From the NCBI GenBank assembly GCA_030390025.1, contig CM059426.1, forward strand, positions 121,024,001-121,088,000: a DNA stretch of 64,000 nt, read 5' to 3'. A model generated the notes under the pieces. It was given only the letters and a program-made list of their open reading frames with translations. It made no database searches and had not been told where the DNA came from. Position 1 is the first letter of the stretch. Every line of letters begins with the position of its first letter. The translations under genes were made by a program, and so were the position numbers. Below are positions 43,733 to 57,854 of this stretch, in pieces. The DNA is from Squalus acanthias. Taxonomy: Eukaryota.

Positions 43733-46700
43733 AAAGATAGTCATTCCATCTGCCTTTTTTCCATTACTTTTTCTAAAGACTAACCGTTAAAAATGTCAGA
43801 ACAGGATTAATATACAATAAGCTGTGGTAACAATGTAGAGAGGACTCATCCCTCCTGAGTTCTAATATTATCAAAGTACATATGGAGGTAACAAAACATC
43901 TCATTTCATTGCAGACACCAAACGCTTATTCATCCCGGGTTTTAGTGTAAACAACACAAGAGTGCGGAGGGGGTGGGGGCAATCAGCGATCACAGGGGTG
44001 ATGAGTGAACGGGACTTGGTGAGAGTTAGGACACATTGGCTAGCTCAGCACAGACAAGTGAATGAACCGAACAGCTTGCTTATCCAAATGCTTCACTGGC
44101 ACACCACACAAAGTAATCAGGGAAGCTAATATGATAATATGCGATATGGAGACTATGGCAAATCATTAAAAAACACAAATGCTTTTATTCACAATGATTA
44201 ACTGAGATTGAGTATTTCAAGCACTTTTGACAACTGTTAAACCTATTTAATGAATTGTACCATTAGGTTCAGCATACGCTACACAATTTCAAAGTTACAT
44301 TCCTATACAGAGCAACACAGAAGTGAAATAAACATTTAAAAATAAGGGTTTAAAGAGTTTATATGCAGACACAATTTTCTGTATTGCTATGTACACTGAT
44401 TTCACAGAGCTTGCAGATGAGGGCATTGGTATTTAGATTTGTTGGCACAGCCGTGCGTTCAATGGGAGCAACACAGAGGTAAATTGACTTGTTCACTCAT
44501 GATCCTTGGGATATCATTGGGTTGAGGGGCCAGGAGTCCTGCCCCATATTTTGTTGGTTAGAATGTGCCTGGCTTTAGGCAGGTCAGTGTAGTTGGCTTA
44601 TTTCCCTTCCTGAGTTGGTCTGTGATCTTCTTCGGGGATGTGGTTTGGCGTTGTGTCATCACCTTAAAAGGAAAGAGCCCCAGACTAGATGATACTTAGA
44701 AGCCAAGTAACACTCATTTCAATTCAGATATGCCCATAAGCCACATGTCGGTTGGGGTGGGGGAAACCACTTCCTTGTCAGCTATCATTGAGATAGCGTG
44801 TGTGTTACATCAGGATTCCTTTATTTTACAGCAAGGAGGCTCAGTGAGTCATGGGTCTTTAGGGATTGCAACAACCTGCAGTTGAAAATCTTGCACCATA
44901 CATACCACACTGCATATAAGCTTCCCTTTGATTGACTGCTGGAGGAGCTACAAGAAGGTCATTCAGAAACAAGCTGGAAATCTGAAATACAAACAGAAAA
45001 TTCTGGAAATATACAGCGTTCCACAATCTGTCACCATCTGTAGCGATAAAGAGCAGATTAATATTTCAGGTGTGGACCTTTCTTCTCAATTGCCCTTTGT
45101 ATATTCTGGTCATGCCCTACATCCAACCATTCTGGATTGTACACCAGGTGGCCAAAAACACCAGTTTTAATAGCAACATTCCAAAATAAAACTTTTGGCA
45201 TGATGTTAAAATCAAGACAAGACAAATGAGCAATAAAGCAAGTGGCCAATGATACAATTTATTATAAATGCAGCTATTTACCATATATAAAAATTGGCAT
45301 ACAAGTACATTACAAAAAAAAACCAGTTTGTCTCTAATAAACATAAGTTACAATTAAAAGTGATAAACACTGAAATGAAACAGTTTCAGAATTCCATTTA
45401 AAATGTAAAGTGGGAAATTATCAAGTACCTGTACACTTGATGAAACTTGGATCTGGTGCTTAGCACCAATAACATGTTTTTATTCAGTTTTGTTCTAACC
45501 ACTGTAACTTTAATTTTTTTCAGCTTACTAAGCAAGCAGCTGAAATCCTATTAATAGCATATAGATAATGTCTGGCTGTTGCTTCAAAAGCATATGCCAG
45601 TTATGATTAAATTACATGGTATCCATCAAATTGATCTGATCTCAATTTCTCTCCAAAAGTCACCACTTTCAAGAAAAACAAATAATGAAAACTGCTGCAG
45701 ATCCCTTGAAAGTGGTTGATGTGTATGCAGTGTTTAACATGGTGATGATTCCCTTTAAATATGTGAAGTTATAAATGATGTGGAGGATAAAGAATTAGAG
45801 ACCCTGTGCTAGGGTAGTTAAAGCTGATTTATTCTCCACAGAAATAAGTGCTGAACAAATTTGACATTCATACCAAGATCATCAAGCAGTGCAGTAGTCA
45901 GAAACCTTTTAGACAGCAACTGCAATTAAATACACACATCAGTTTCAGTATACCACAGAATATATAAAAACAGAATGATTTACAAAAGGGTCTATCATAC
46001 ACATGGACAAATGTTGGGAGAGGGCAATAAAAACGTAGAAGCTAGGGAAATGATGCAATACCAGCTGACACTACCACACCCCCAGTCCACACTTGGTAAT
46101 TCAAAAAACAGCATAGGAAAAGCAACACAAAAGAAAATGTAATGGTTTGCGATCCTTTTTTGGCCATTATCAGTCTTAAGCAACAGATACTCTTTTGCAG
46201 CCGACAGCACCTGAGCACTACCAAGCTCGTACTCTGACATGAGCACGCTGAGTAAGTGTACTTAAACATGCAGAGCTTTCATCCTTACCAGTAAATATTA
46301 AATGTTTTTGACAGCACAAGCAGGAGCATCCACTTTCTCAGAACATTAAGAAAAATCTACTTCAGTTCATAAAGTGCCCAAGAGGTCCAACAAACCCAGT
46401 TTGACATCACAACGTCAAGTCCAAGTGATGTGAGATAGCCTCAATGAAGGGCAGGGCCTAACACTTCTTTGCTCCAGTCAGATCATGACCCCACTTTACA
46501 GTTATAGTCACTTTTGCAGTGCTGCAAAGTGGAAAGAATGTAAAAGTGGCCGTATAACTGCAACCTTTAAAAAGAAACATTCTTAATACAGTAATACCCC
46601 TCAGAAATTCACAAACAAGATGGCAGTGCAACTAGTAAGGCTATCATGATTTAATCAGGTTTGTTAGGACAATAAATATGTCCACTCATTATAGACAATA

Positions 46701-48127
46701 CTAATTATTTTTAAAAATGTACCTCTAAAAATCATACTGTGGAACAATTTCTGTTAAACGTGATTTGTAATGGGGAAAATCTGGCATTTCCCAAAGATCA
46801 ATAATCACTAAAGGAGAAGGGGCCCAGTTCTAGGTTTAGGGTGGGGGAAACAATTACTTCAATTTCTGATCTAGCGTTAGTGAAAGTCAAATATCACAAC
46901 AGGATCACAAGGTCAAGTTGGACTATATTGCATTGGGAATCCTGGGACCAGCAACATCTGCAGGACTTTTGAAGTGGTGTTTATGTTAGGGAACACACAA
47001 CCTATTTTCTCCTACATCTTCCTGGTCCATGCACCAATCATGGTCAACCTGCTCCTAGGCCTTTGCCAATGGAATTCAATGTTGCAAGGTATTCAAGATC
47101 TGGCTGCTGGCAATTCTCCCCATGGAGGAGACAGGAAAAGGGAGGGGAAAAAAAAAGGAAAAGGAGTGCTTGATACCTCATTACAATGTTAAAAGCTGAA
47201 ACACATCTGCATCTAGTACATGGTGCCCATATGATGTTATCATAGTTGGAATTATAGAAAATCAGAGGCCCAGCAATACCCCTCTGCTAGTGCAGGTAGA
47301 CAGCAGTTAACAAGTTCAAAGCAATGTTCCAGAAAGGCAGAATAAGGGTTTAAACCCATATAGTTACTTTATGATTCAACTAGTCAGTGGAGAAACATCC
47401 ATAAAAGAAACCCACCGAAACCTAGCTTCTCATAACTAGCACACCAAGCTGTTTACCTGCTCCCTTGGCTGAGAAATGATGTGCACAGATCAGAAAAAGG
47501 AGAGAGGAAATCCAAAAACAAAACAAGTGAGGTTAAACTACAAAACATCTTATCCAACTTGACTTTTGGGATATGAAATCCTTTTCTCCCTGGATCATAC
47601 AGACTGCAAGTGTGAGGGTTGAGGGTCACCTGCTCATTGGTATCTTCCAATGTCACATGGCCAGTTGCTAGGAAGTATCCAAGAGCAGTCCGAAGATGAC
47701 CTGTGGAGGTGACTAGGCTCCTCTCAGTACTTCCCCATAGCAATGCAGCTGGGGAATTGAAACTTAGATCAGAGAATAAAGAACCCAAGCCCCAGCACTC
47801 CATAGTGCCATACACTGGTAACCCCAGTGTGTTGCACCCTCCCACCCCCTACAAAAAAATAGAAGCCTAGTCGCTACAAGACTATTTTTCCTTTAATGGT
47901 TACAGGCCAACACTCATTGTTTTAGCATTTACACTTTAAAACTGAATTCTTAAATATGAATTATCTTGGGTGTGTTCTCTAAACTTTCTCATCATTTATT
48001 AATCCCGTAAAATCAATACCTAAAAAACGTAAATAATAGATTGTCCCTTCACAATCATACAAGCAAGTACAAAGCTGATCACTGATCAGCGAGGTGACTC
48101 ATGTAATAATGAGGGTTTAAACAGAAT

Positions 48128-49617
48128 GACCCAGAATTTGTGGTCAGCAGCAAAGTGATACATTTTGGTAGGAAGAACGAGAGGCAATATAAACTAAATG
48201 GTACAATTCTAAAGGGAGTGCAGGAACAGAGAGACCTGGGGGTATATGTGCACAAATCATTGAAGGTGGCAGGGCAGGTTGAGAAAGAGGTTAAAAAAGT
48301 ATACGGGATCCTGGGCTTTATAAATAGAGGCATAAAGTACAAAAGCGTGGAAGTTATGATGAACCTTTATAAAACACTGGTTCAGCCTCAACTGGAGTAT
48401 TGTGTCCAATTCTGGGCAGCGCACTTTAGGAAGGATGTGAAGGCTTTAGAGAGGGTGCAGAAAAAATTTACAAGAATGGTTCCAGGGATGAGGAATTACA
48501 GTTATGTGGATAGACTGGAGAAGCTGGGTTGTTCTCCTTAGAGCAGAGAAGATTGAGAGGAGATTTGATAGAGGTGTTCAAAATCATGAGGGGTCTAGGC
48601 AGAGTAGATAGAGAGAAACTGTTCCCATTGGCGGAAGGGTCGAGAACCAGAGGACACAGATTTAAGGTGATTGGCAGAAGATCCAAAGGCGACATGAGGA
48701 AAAACATTTTTTACTCAGCGAGTGATTAGGATCTGGAATGCACTGCCTGAAACAGTGGTGGAGGCAGATTCAATAGTGGCTTTCAAAGGGGAATTGGATA
48801 AGTACCTGAAGGAAAAAAAATTACAGGGCTACAGGGAAAGGGCGGGGGAGTGGGACTAGCTGAAGTGCTCTTGCAGAGAGCCGGCATGGGCTCGACGGGC
48901 CGAATGGCATCCTACTGTGCTGTAACGATTCTATTCTATGAAGCAAAGCCGTTCGCCGCTGGCCCCAAAGTAAGCTTTGCACACTGATCTCACAATCTAC
49001 GTGTCGAGAAGTTCGGGTTTTCTGACATTCAATTCAAATCAATGGAGTAGTGGGGATCCTTCCCCTCATGCAAGCTGCTGAATTCTCAGACAGCGAACAA
49101 GGAAGTGGGTAAGCTCTTAAAATTCAAACTTTTTAAAAATGTTAGAGAGCGCAAAACAAAGATTGGGACTCTCATGAGGAAAGGGCAAATCTGAAATCAG
49201 TATGAACAAACTTAAAAAAAATTTTTTTTCAATTAAAATGGAAAATTTCACACTGCACAAAATTAAAATCAGTTTTTCAGGGCCATAACCTTTGTTTAGC
49301 AGTCAATACGCTGTTAAAACCCCAGTTACACCTAATCCCTTTGGATCTAACTTTTAGTGGGGATTTTAACAACATACTTACTGCGGAAGAGCTGAAGTTT
49401 TCATCAGTTTCAATGATTTGGCTGATTACACTGATTGCCGGCTCGGGGTGGGGGGGGGGGGGCGGTGTAACAGTGCAGCCTGTGTCGGAGCAGTTAATGA
49501 CAGACCGCAACTTCAGGATTTCCGCCTGCGCCAAATCTCGAAGTTGCAACAATTTCAAAGGCAGAATGACGGCGAACGCTGCCAGTTCACCATCATCCGG
49601 ACAGCAAATTCCGGACC
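48128..49617. mobile_element. Non-autonomous DNA transposon (Harbinger-type TIRs) interrupted by CR1
   Basis: Ends GACCCAGAATTTG / CAAATTCCGGACC; flanks AAT/ATT. Confidence 0.55.
48156..48941 (+). mobile_element. CR1 3' fragment with a 7-bp TSD AGCAAAG
   Basis: RDLGVYVHKSLK...LEYCVQFW...RGDLIEVFKIM; AGCAAAG at 48149-48155 and 48942-48948. Confidence 0.88.
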
Positions 49618-52427
49618 ATTACGTCATTTATCTTGGATCTGTCTACACGGGGCTCATCTAGCTATGAAAATGACAGCAATGCAAGGAATCTCTACTAGTA
49701 TTCATGAGTGTCATGTCTAATCCTCCTAAAATTAACAGATTTAAAACGCAGTAAACAGTTCTAGAATATATCTGAGCAAGTCATATTACTAGGACCACCA
49801 TAAACAATACGAAGGACATATGTTGCTTTACAATGTTAACTTGAAAACGGGCATCCTGTAGCTTGTATCTGAAATATCCAAATGTGATGGCTGGTTTCTG
49901 GCGAGCTTATTTGAATTATCCATTCAAGCATTGATGTTCACTGATCTGGCTGCCAGGTTAAGGCGTCACAAGGTATTAAAATGACCAAATAAAAACAAAA
50001 TCACATGTAATTGGTAAACAATATTACCTATCCATCATAGCCTTCCCAGTTTGCATTAAATAAAAGTCTAAACAAATGGATTTAACTGAAGTTAATATAA
50101 ATAAAGCATACTTCTGCTTCAGAGGTGGCACAGAAGGCAATGAATCCATTTAATATTTGGATTATTACAGAAAGCTTCTTGCATTGTACTTAACTGGGGT
50201 GAAGAAAAATCAAATCAATATTACGCACAAAATGAAAGGTATGAAAACACCACCTTCAAATTAATGCCAGAAAAACACCCACAACAATAGCCACACTATT
50301 TTCACAATCTACACATGTAGTCCAAATTCCATTTAGATAACCAAAGTCTTTTTGTATACTATTTAAATACACATATTACAGCTGCAGAGACTAAATTAAC
50401 AGAATATATACAAATTAGTATAGCATTTCAATTACTGGTACAGCAGAGAAAGACTATGCCTATCCCCACTTGAAACCCGATAAAGTACAAGCTTGAGAAG
50501 CCAGTTAGCCATTAATTCACATTTTATACACCATCACTCGCTCAGAATAATTAATCTAAGGCAGGTATGGATTTTAATTAGCATCAAATACCCTGTTCTA
50601 ACGTTCTGTAAAAATACATTTGAAAAACCTCTTTGTCTTTCAGTATGTTAACAGGCTATTCCTTAAGTTATATGAAAATAGCAGTAATTAACAAAAAGGT
50701 TTTGTGAAGATTATGACACTGAGAACACTGGTGGTACCAAGTTTTATTAAGCAGACTGTTCAATTTTGAGGTCAGACAGGCAACACTTTCAATGTCTTTC
50801 TGCAGCTGCATATCACGTAGGGGAATCATGTAGCAATACTTTAGAAAGCACTTTTTTTTTTAAAAAAGCATCGGGATACTGTGGAGTTTTAATCGTCAAA
50901 TTGAAAAAAAAAGGAAATAGCCAGTTTTGTTCATATTTTACAAAAAAAGTTTAACGTTAAAATAAAGTGTGTCTTGAGTTTCTGCATATTGCACTGTCAC
51001 ACTTAATGGATATTATGACATGTTCAGAGATAAACAATCTCACTTTTAGGTTCCGACCTCTCTTTTTCAATCTTTGAAATGGTTGTAGCATTTTCATTGA
51101 ACAGAACACACTTAGAAAAAGGACGTGCAAATATGCTTTTACATAACATAAAAATATACTTACCCTAAAAAATTGTGTTGTCACAATGCTAGATGATCCA
51201 TGTGCAACAAAATTGTGTTCCTCTGATTACTTTTTTTGGAAAGATAAAAGATTTCACCATTGTAGCATTTTCTCCCCTTTTCCTGATCTCCATTCATAGT
51301 CAAGAGGTTGCTTCTAGGCCTCTGCCAATACTGTTCGTACTGGCCCAGGGATGGCTCCTTACTCTGATTTTCCCTTTTGGCAGGAAAGTGTCTGTGGCCT
51401 CTGCATGGCAGCTCTCCGTGGCAAAATGGCCAAGATAGGGAACTTAATGTGGAAGGAGCAGAAAACCCATCTCTCCCCACTCTACTGTGCCACCCAGTGG
51501 TCTTATTAATTGGCAGCTGTGTTCAGAGGTGGATACATGCTGGCAAAGTTTTCAAGAGGGTCAAGAGCACTGATAACCAATAGTACCTACATAGATGAAT
51601 TCCGTAATTCCTGACATAAGGCGCATCTTTCAGTTGATCATGAGTATGATAAAGCACCATTGTAGTCTATCAATTACTAGCACACAGTAAGTTGACAGAT
51701 TTTCAATGTGCTGTGGACCAAGTAACTCAATCATTGATGATGTATTCCAAAAGGAGAGGCGGGTACATTTACATTAACAACAAGGAAGGACATATGTAAT
51801 GCAAAGCATTTCAGCCACATAAAATCTTATTTCCACCCTCAGGCTAGGTTACATTTTTAAATAAGAGTCATTACGTCAAAAACTTGATCCTCATAGTGCT
51901 CTTTGCATGTAATTTCTGAGGGTATGATTAATTGAAGGTACAGTACTCAGATCTTCCACTGTCAGATCCAGAGACAGTTTGTACCTCAGGATAAAAGATA
52001 CTCATCATTGGAGGGGGATAGAATGCCCAAGGTGTCCATGACATCCTGGGGGAAAGAATGTCAACAAAGAGAAAGCAGCCTTGCATAGAGGGATGCAGAA
52101 TATATAAAATGTCACCACCAGCATCAAAACAGTGTCTCCTTCATGAGGGTTTTGCATATTCACACACTGATTTTACATCATAAAATCTACTTACTCTGCA
52201 TTCTAAGCATTTTAAGTTTAAAAAAGGCACCTCAGTCAGACAATGCACAGAAAGTCTGCCAAGAAGGAATAATCTGACTTATTGAAAGTCTTCGCTAACC
52301 GTACAGCTGTAAAACATCATGGCAAGCCCAAAACGCTTCAGCATTTTCTTTTTTTTTTTAAAAACTCTCAGCCGAGTTTTCCCAAATGATTCTTCCTGTT
52401 CAGCTCCCATGGTGGAGCACAAATGGA

Positions 52428-52629
52428 TTAGCAGCTCAGAGCACAGGCATCTCCTTTAGCTTTTCCCGCTGAGTTTATAATCTGCATTAAACAGCGCCCA
52501 AATTCTTCCAGAATCATGCGTTCAGTGACAGCTTTTGTCTGGCTATTCTTCTCTGCCTCCTCGGCTTGTGCCAGAAGACACTCACAAGTTGCTTCTGCCA
52601 CTTCTTTTGTAACAAATGTGAACGGCAAC
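52428..52629 (-). CDS. LIN54: Terminal coding exon of LIN54 (DREAM/MuvB CHC/tesmin family) or a LIN54-like paralogue; upstream exons are outside the window
   Basis: Polypyrimidine tract + ctcag|G, then [66 protein letters not shown], which closely matches the LIN54 C-terminus ([22 protein letters not shown]...[21 protein letters not shown]). Confidence 0.85.
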
Positions 52630-53845
52630 CTGAGAAAAAAAAAGACAATTAAAAGCCAGAAAAAAAGTGAAAAAAAATTAACCATTGGCAGTTCTTACAT
52701 TTTAGTTAGAAGAACCTTAGGGAAGATTTCCTCCGTCCATTAGGTGGTGTGGTCAAATTATAAAATATATTACGCTCCTTATAAATAAGTTTGTCGTCTC
52801 ACTACACCCAACATCCAGAGGAAAGCTCTTCATCCTTTCTGAATTTTTTTGGGTGCCAAAGGGACTAAGTGACTGTGGGTATTATGGATTTCTTGCAGTA
52901 ATTCTGGAAGTCTCTCGATCCAAATCAAAGTTCATTTGTCTACTTCATTCATTAGAGATCCCCGAGGCAAAGAGCTTTGTGCAGAGAAGAACCTAGAGTG
53001 AACCTGCCACTGCAGAAACTCGCTGGCAAAAGGCAGTGGGTTCAAAAATTCAAACCTTTATAATTCTGGTAAGTACATGTCAAATTCAAAAAGGTTTACT
53101 ACTAATTTTTTTGGAAGGGAGGATTAAACAAAATCTTTATGCACAAGTGGCTATCCACAATGATGGCTCCTAAAAAGTTAATTTTTGAATGAAACTAATA
53201 TTTGAGAGGTTAAATATGAACTTAGATCAAGAATCAGATTAAAGTAGGGTGTTTCCATAATGACTCAATGGAAAAATGATGCAGGTCTATGCCATATTAG
53301 ACCAGGAAAGCCCTGGGTTTAATCTTGGGAATGTCCTAAGTTAACGGACTTCAGCTAGAATATTGACAGGATTGTAAAATACTAAAAGTGAATGTCTGTT
53401 CAACAGTTGAGCAGTACACAACTCAGTGCCAATTTTGTACAAACTGTGGTTTTATTGCACTTAATTTAATCTCTCTCTCACTTTATACATACCACCAGCT
53501 GTTCAACGCCCTTTACTTATCAAGAATTGAAAGATTACGGTGAATTCTATTACAGAGCTGCTAATGAAATGAAATATTTTCTGCTATGTAAAGAATTAAA
53601 ATTGTAGCACTAAACTGATCAGCATAATCAATTAGAAAAGCAAGGTTTATTTTTGGTAATCATGACTTGACAAGTATATCTGAATGATCACTAGAATTTT
53701 TTAGTTGTCAGTTTGTCATGTACCAGGAGGACATAAGGGTCTGGGTAGCACATCTGAAAGCAAAAAATATGCTCCTGTCCAATGTGCAACACAAGTTCAA
53801 ATCCAACCCAGATAAATGGAATAAAAGAAGCTTGAACAACCTCAG

Positions 53846-54894
53846 TCCTTGTCCTCACCTTTCACCCCACCAGCCTCCACATTCAATGGATCATCCTCCG
53901 CCATTTCCGCCACCTCCAGCCTGATCCCACCACCAAACGCATCTTCCCCTCACCTCCCTTCAGCATTCCGCAGGGACCGCTCCCTCCGCGACACCCTAGT
54001 CCACTCCTCTACCACCCCCAGCACCCCTTCCCCTTCGCCTGGCACCTTCCCGTGCAAGCGCAGGAGATGCAACACATGCCCTTAGACCTCCCCTCTTCCC
54101 ACTGTCCAGGGCCCCAAACACCCCTTCCAGGTGAAACAGCAATTTACTTGTACTTCCTGCAATTTAGTATACTGTATTCGCTGCTCACGATGTGGTCTCC
54201 TCTACATTGGGGAGACCAAACGCAGATTGGGTGACCGCTTTGCGGAACACCTCCGTTCAGTCCGTAAGGGGGACCCCGAGCTCCCGGTCGCCTGTCACTT
54301 TAATTCTCCATTCCACTCCCACTCTGACTTCACCGTCCTCGGCTTCTTGCATTGTTCCACGGAAGCTCAGCGTAAGCTCGAGGAACAGCACCTCATCTTT
54401 CGTTTAGGCACCCTACAGCCCTCTGGACTCAACATCGAGTTCAACAATTTCAAATCATAACCTTGGCCCCTATCACATATAAAAAATGAAAAAAAATTTC
54501 ATCTACCCTTTTGTTTGGCCTTTTTTTTTCCCTCCCAGAAGCTGGCAGCTGTCCTTCATTCTGCCAGCCCAGTTCACACTTCATCTAGCCTCAACCGGTC
54601 ACATTAACACCTCCTCTTGCCTTGATTATCTCTTTATGCCTCTTAATCTCTCCTGCTTTCTATCCCACCACTGACCTTGCCATTTGTTCTTTCATCCCCT
54701 CCCCCTTTTCCCAGCATTATACTTGCTTTAAATCTATTTCATATCCTGCTTTTTTCCAGTTCTGACGAAAGGTCTTCGACCTGAAACGTTAACTCTGTTT
54801 CTCTCTCCACGGATGCTGCCTGGCCTGCTGAGTTTTTCCAGCGGTTTCTGTTGCTATTTCGGATTTCCAGCATCCGCAGTATTTTGCTATCGTA
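53846..54894 (+). mobile_element. Penelope-like element 3' part: GIY-YIG endonuclease and terminal repeat with an intact hammerhead core
   Basis: ORF 54131-54460 VYCIRCSRCGLLYIGETKRRL...LGTLQPSGLNIEF; nearly identical to the 36051-37040 part of the other copy, in opposite orientation. Confidence 0.92.
54758..54794 (+). ncRNA. Minimal type I hammerhead ribozyme motif
   Basis: AGTT-CTGACGA-A-AGGTC-ttc-GACCT-GAAA-CGTT-AACT: conserved CUGANGA and GAAA boxes, stem II, stem I AGTT/AACT, palindromic AACGTT stem III. Confidence 0.7.
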
Positions 54895-56289
54895 TCAGTC
54901 CAATGGACTTCAATGCACAATGCAGAACATTCCTCAAATCTAACAATTCAGTAATGTCATAGCTAACAAGCAAGTATATGTTGTGTATGGGGGTGGGGGG
55001 AGGAAAGGAGGAGGAAATATGGAAGTCTGCCGATGCTCACCAATCGACAATTTGGGGATTAAACAACAGGAATCAATAAGAAGCATTACTTCCAGTTTAA
55101 CAATATTCTAAGTATCTTCTGCGTTAAACTGGACCGAAGAGACTGCAATTCAATGAATAAAACAGGAAAGTAATAAAAACACTTGAACAAGAATATAGTT
55201 GATTTTCTCCAAAATATATCTAATACAATAACTTGCATTGATATAATGCCTTTAACGTTGGAAAAACATCCGAAGGCACTTCAGAGATGTCATCAATAAA
55301 TAGACACCAAGCTAAAGGCGGAGATTTTAGGAAGATTGATCAAAATCTTGGTCAAAGAGGTGGGCTTTATGGAGGGTCTGAAATGAGGAGTGAGGTTTAG
55401 AAGCTTAGGCAGGGAATTCCAGAGTGTGGGGCCTAAGCAGCTGAAGGCACAGCCACCAATGATGGAGCAAGGGGTGGCGATGCACAGAAGGCTAGAAATG
55501 TAGAGCTTGCGGGGAAAGGGTGTTGTAGGGTTGGAGGAAGTTACAGAGTTAGGCAGGGGCAAAGCCATGAAGAGTTTTAAATGCAAGATTGAACATTTAA
55601 AACTTATGGGGGGAAAAATTCAGTATCTACCATTTTGGGGCGCTAACATCAGCGCTGGCAATGTGAAATTGAGTTTTAGCGCCCCAATAGGGAGGTGGAG
55701 CGCTAAATACTTCTCTTAGGGCGCTAACATCCACCGGAGATCTCACGGTGCCGCAGCAGGCCAGCAATCTGTGCTCGAGCAGATTGCTCCGGATGCTGAG
55801 GTTCTGCCCCGGGGGAGTGGCAGTGTGTCGGTCGAGCAGGAAGGTGCTGTCCTCTCTCAGGACGACAGCATTCCTGCTCCCACCACTGCCACTCCGCAAT
55901 TGCACTTGTCGCAGCCTGTAACCCAGTCATCCCAGACTGCTGCCGCCCATACTGAGGTGGTGCAGTCTGCAGCCGGACCTTCCAGGCCTAGAGGTGGCCG
56001 AGGGTGTCCTGCAAGGCCATCTGCTGTCTCTGGCTCCCAGACTCAGCAGCCTTCCACCAGCCTTGCTGCAGCCACTGGGGCCACATTACGGAGGAGCAGT
56101 AGGGTTGGGAGGGGGGAACTCAAAAGGGGATGGAAATCATTAAAGAAGAGGGAGTAAAGAATACTTTAGTAGCAAATGGGGGTAGTGTGTGTTAATAAAT
56201 TGATGTGTTTGTAAATATATTGAGTTTCTTTATGAATAGTTGTGTTTCATAAGAGAGTTGTGTTCGATAATAAATTGTTAATTTGACAT

Positions 56290-57408
56290 TGCACATATTG
56301 TGTCTAATGAGGCGCTCACGAATGGCCCTTGCAGAAGCAAGATTGAGTTGCTCCCTCCTCCACTGCTCCTCCTCTTCATCCTCCTCCTCCGCCTCATCCT
56401 CCTCCTCTCCCTCCTCCCGAGGTGGACCTGTAATCCCTGGTGGCAATGCCTGGGCCTTCAGAATGGCCAGGTTGTGCAGCATGCAGCACAAAACGATAAA
56501 AAGGGACACGCGATCAGGAGAGTACTGCAGGGCTCCTCCAGAGCGGTCATGGCAGAGGAACTGTTGCTTCAGCACCCCGATAGTCTGTTCAATCAGGTTC
56601 CTGGTGGCGCTATGGCTATCATTGTATGTGTGCTGAGCAGGAGTGTTGGGGCTGCGGAGGGGTGTCATCAGCCAGCTGGCGAGTGGGTAACCCTTGTCTC
56701 CGAGCAGCCAGCTGCAAGCTGTCGCAGGATGAATGCATCGTGGCTGCTGCCAGGATAGCGGGCATCGACGGCGAGGATGCGCTGCTGTGGTCGCACACCA
56801 AATGAACGTTCAGAGAGTGGTAGCCTTTGTGGTTACGGAACACCTCTGCATTGTGATGAGGTGCCCGCAATGCCACGTGGATGCAGTCAATTGCGCCCTG
56901 AACCATGGGGAAGCCCACTATCCTTGCAAAGCCACATGAGCGTTCATCCTGTTTCTCTCTGTTCATGGGGAATGAGATGTACTCCCTTCTTCTTCTGTAG
57001 AGAGCGTGTTACCTCCCGGATACAGCATTGGACGGCGAACTGCAAAATGTTTGCAATATCACCTGTTGAGCCTGGAAGGAGCCGCTGGCGTAGAAATTGA
57101 GCGCGACTGTGACCTTAACTGCCACAGAGACACGTCCTGGTCCTGAGCTGAGGCTGGAGCTCTGGCTGCAGGAGGTGGCAGAGCTCTGTGACCTCCTCCT
57201 TGCTGAAGCGGAGCCTTCTAAGGCACTGCTCCTCTGAGAGATGAATGTAGGAGAAGTGCTCCCGGAATACCCTGGGAGGGTAAGGCCTCCTGTTGAGAGC
57301 CCTGTTGGCCCTCCTTCCTCTGACCACGTTTTGCAATCTTTCTCTCTGCCTCCGCTGCCTCTGACGGTGACGCTGGAGGGCGAGGTCCAGTGCCAGTACA
57401 GCGCCCAT
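56290..57408 (-). pseudogene. Harbinger DDE transposase (HARBI1-like), frameshifted
   Basis: PYPPRVFREH...CLRRLRFSK; GFPMVQGAIDCIHV; [16 protein letters not shown]; [21 protein letters not shown]; CCMLHNL. Confidence 0.9.
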
Positions 57409-57854
57409 TAAATGATGGAAATGTTGCACTATCAAATGTAACCCAAATAAATACGATAAATTTCTCTCAGCCAGAATACTCCTTCAAGTTGAAAACAGTC
57501 AAATGGGTTAAAATGCCTGTCCGCTTCTGTCAAACTGACAAGGCAGCATTGTTTGCCGACAAAAAAAAACCCGGAAGTTGACCCCTTCATATAGCGCTCC
57601 TCCAGCGCTCATCCGACTGCAAACCACCTCCTGTACCTGTCGTTGCTAAATGCAGGCACTCAGGCAGGGGGCGAGAGTGAATTTCTGAGCCGGGGCGCTG
57701 CGCACCCAGATGACGTCATGATCTCCGGGCACAGGATATCGTGGCACTCGTGGTTATCGCCGCTGCAAACCACCAGCTCAATCTTGCGGCCGTCGGTACT
57801 AGCGCCGCGCCCGGTCGCAAAGCCGGTAGCGCCCCCTGAAGGCGCAAAGGCACC

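Larger units (their letters stand above)
44184..52427 (-). other. Probable long 3'UTR of the LIN54-like gene (candidate AATAAA at 44184-44189; others near 45258 and 50743)
   Basis: Mostly repeat-poor, AT-rich stretch after the stop codon; the distal AATAAA is followed by a GT/T-rich element. The extent is inferred. Confidence 0.35.
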
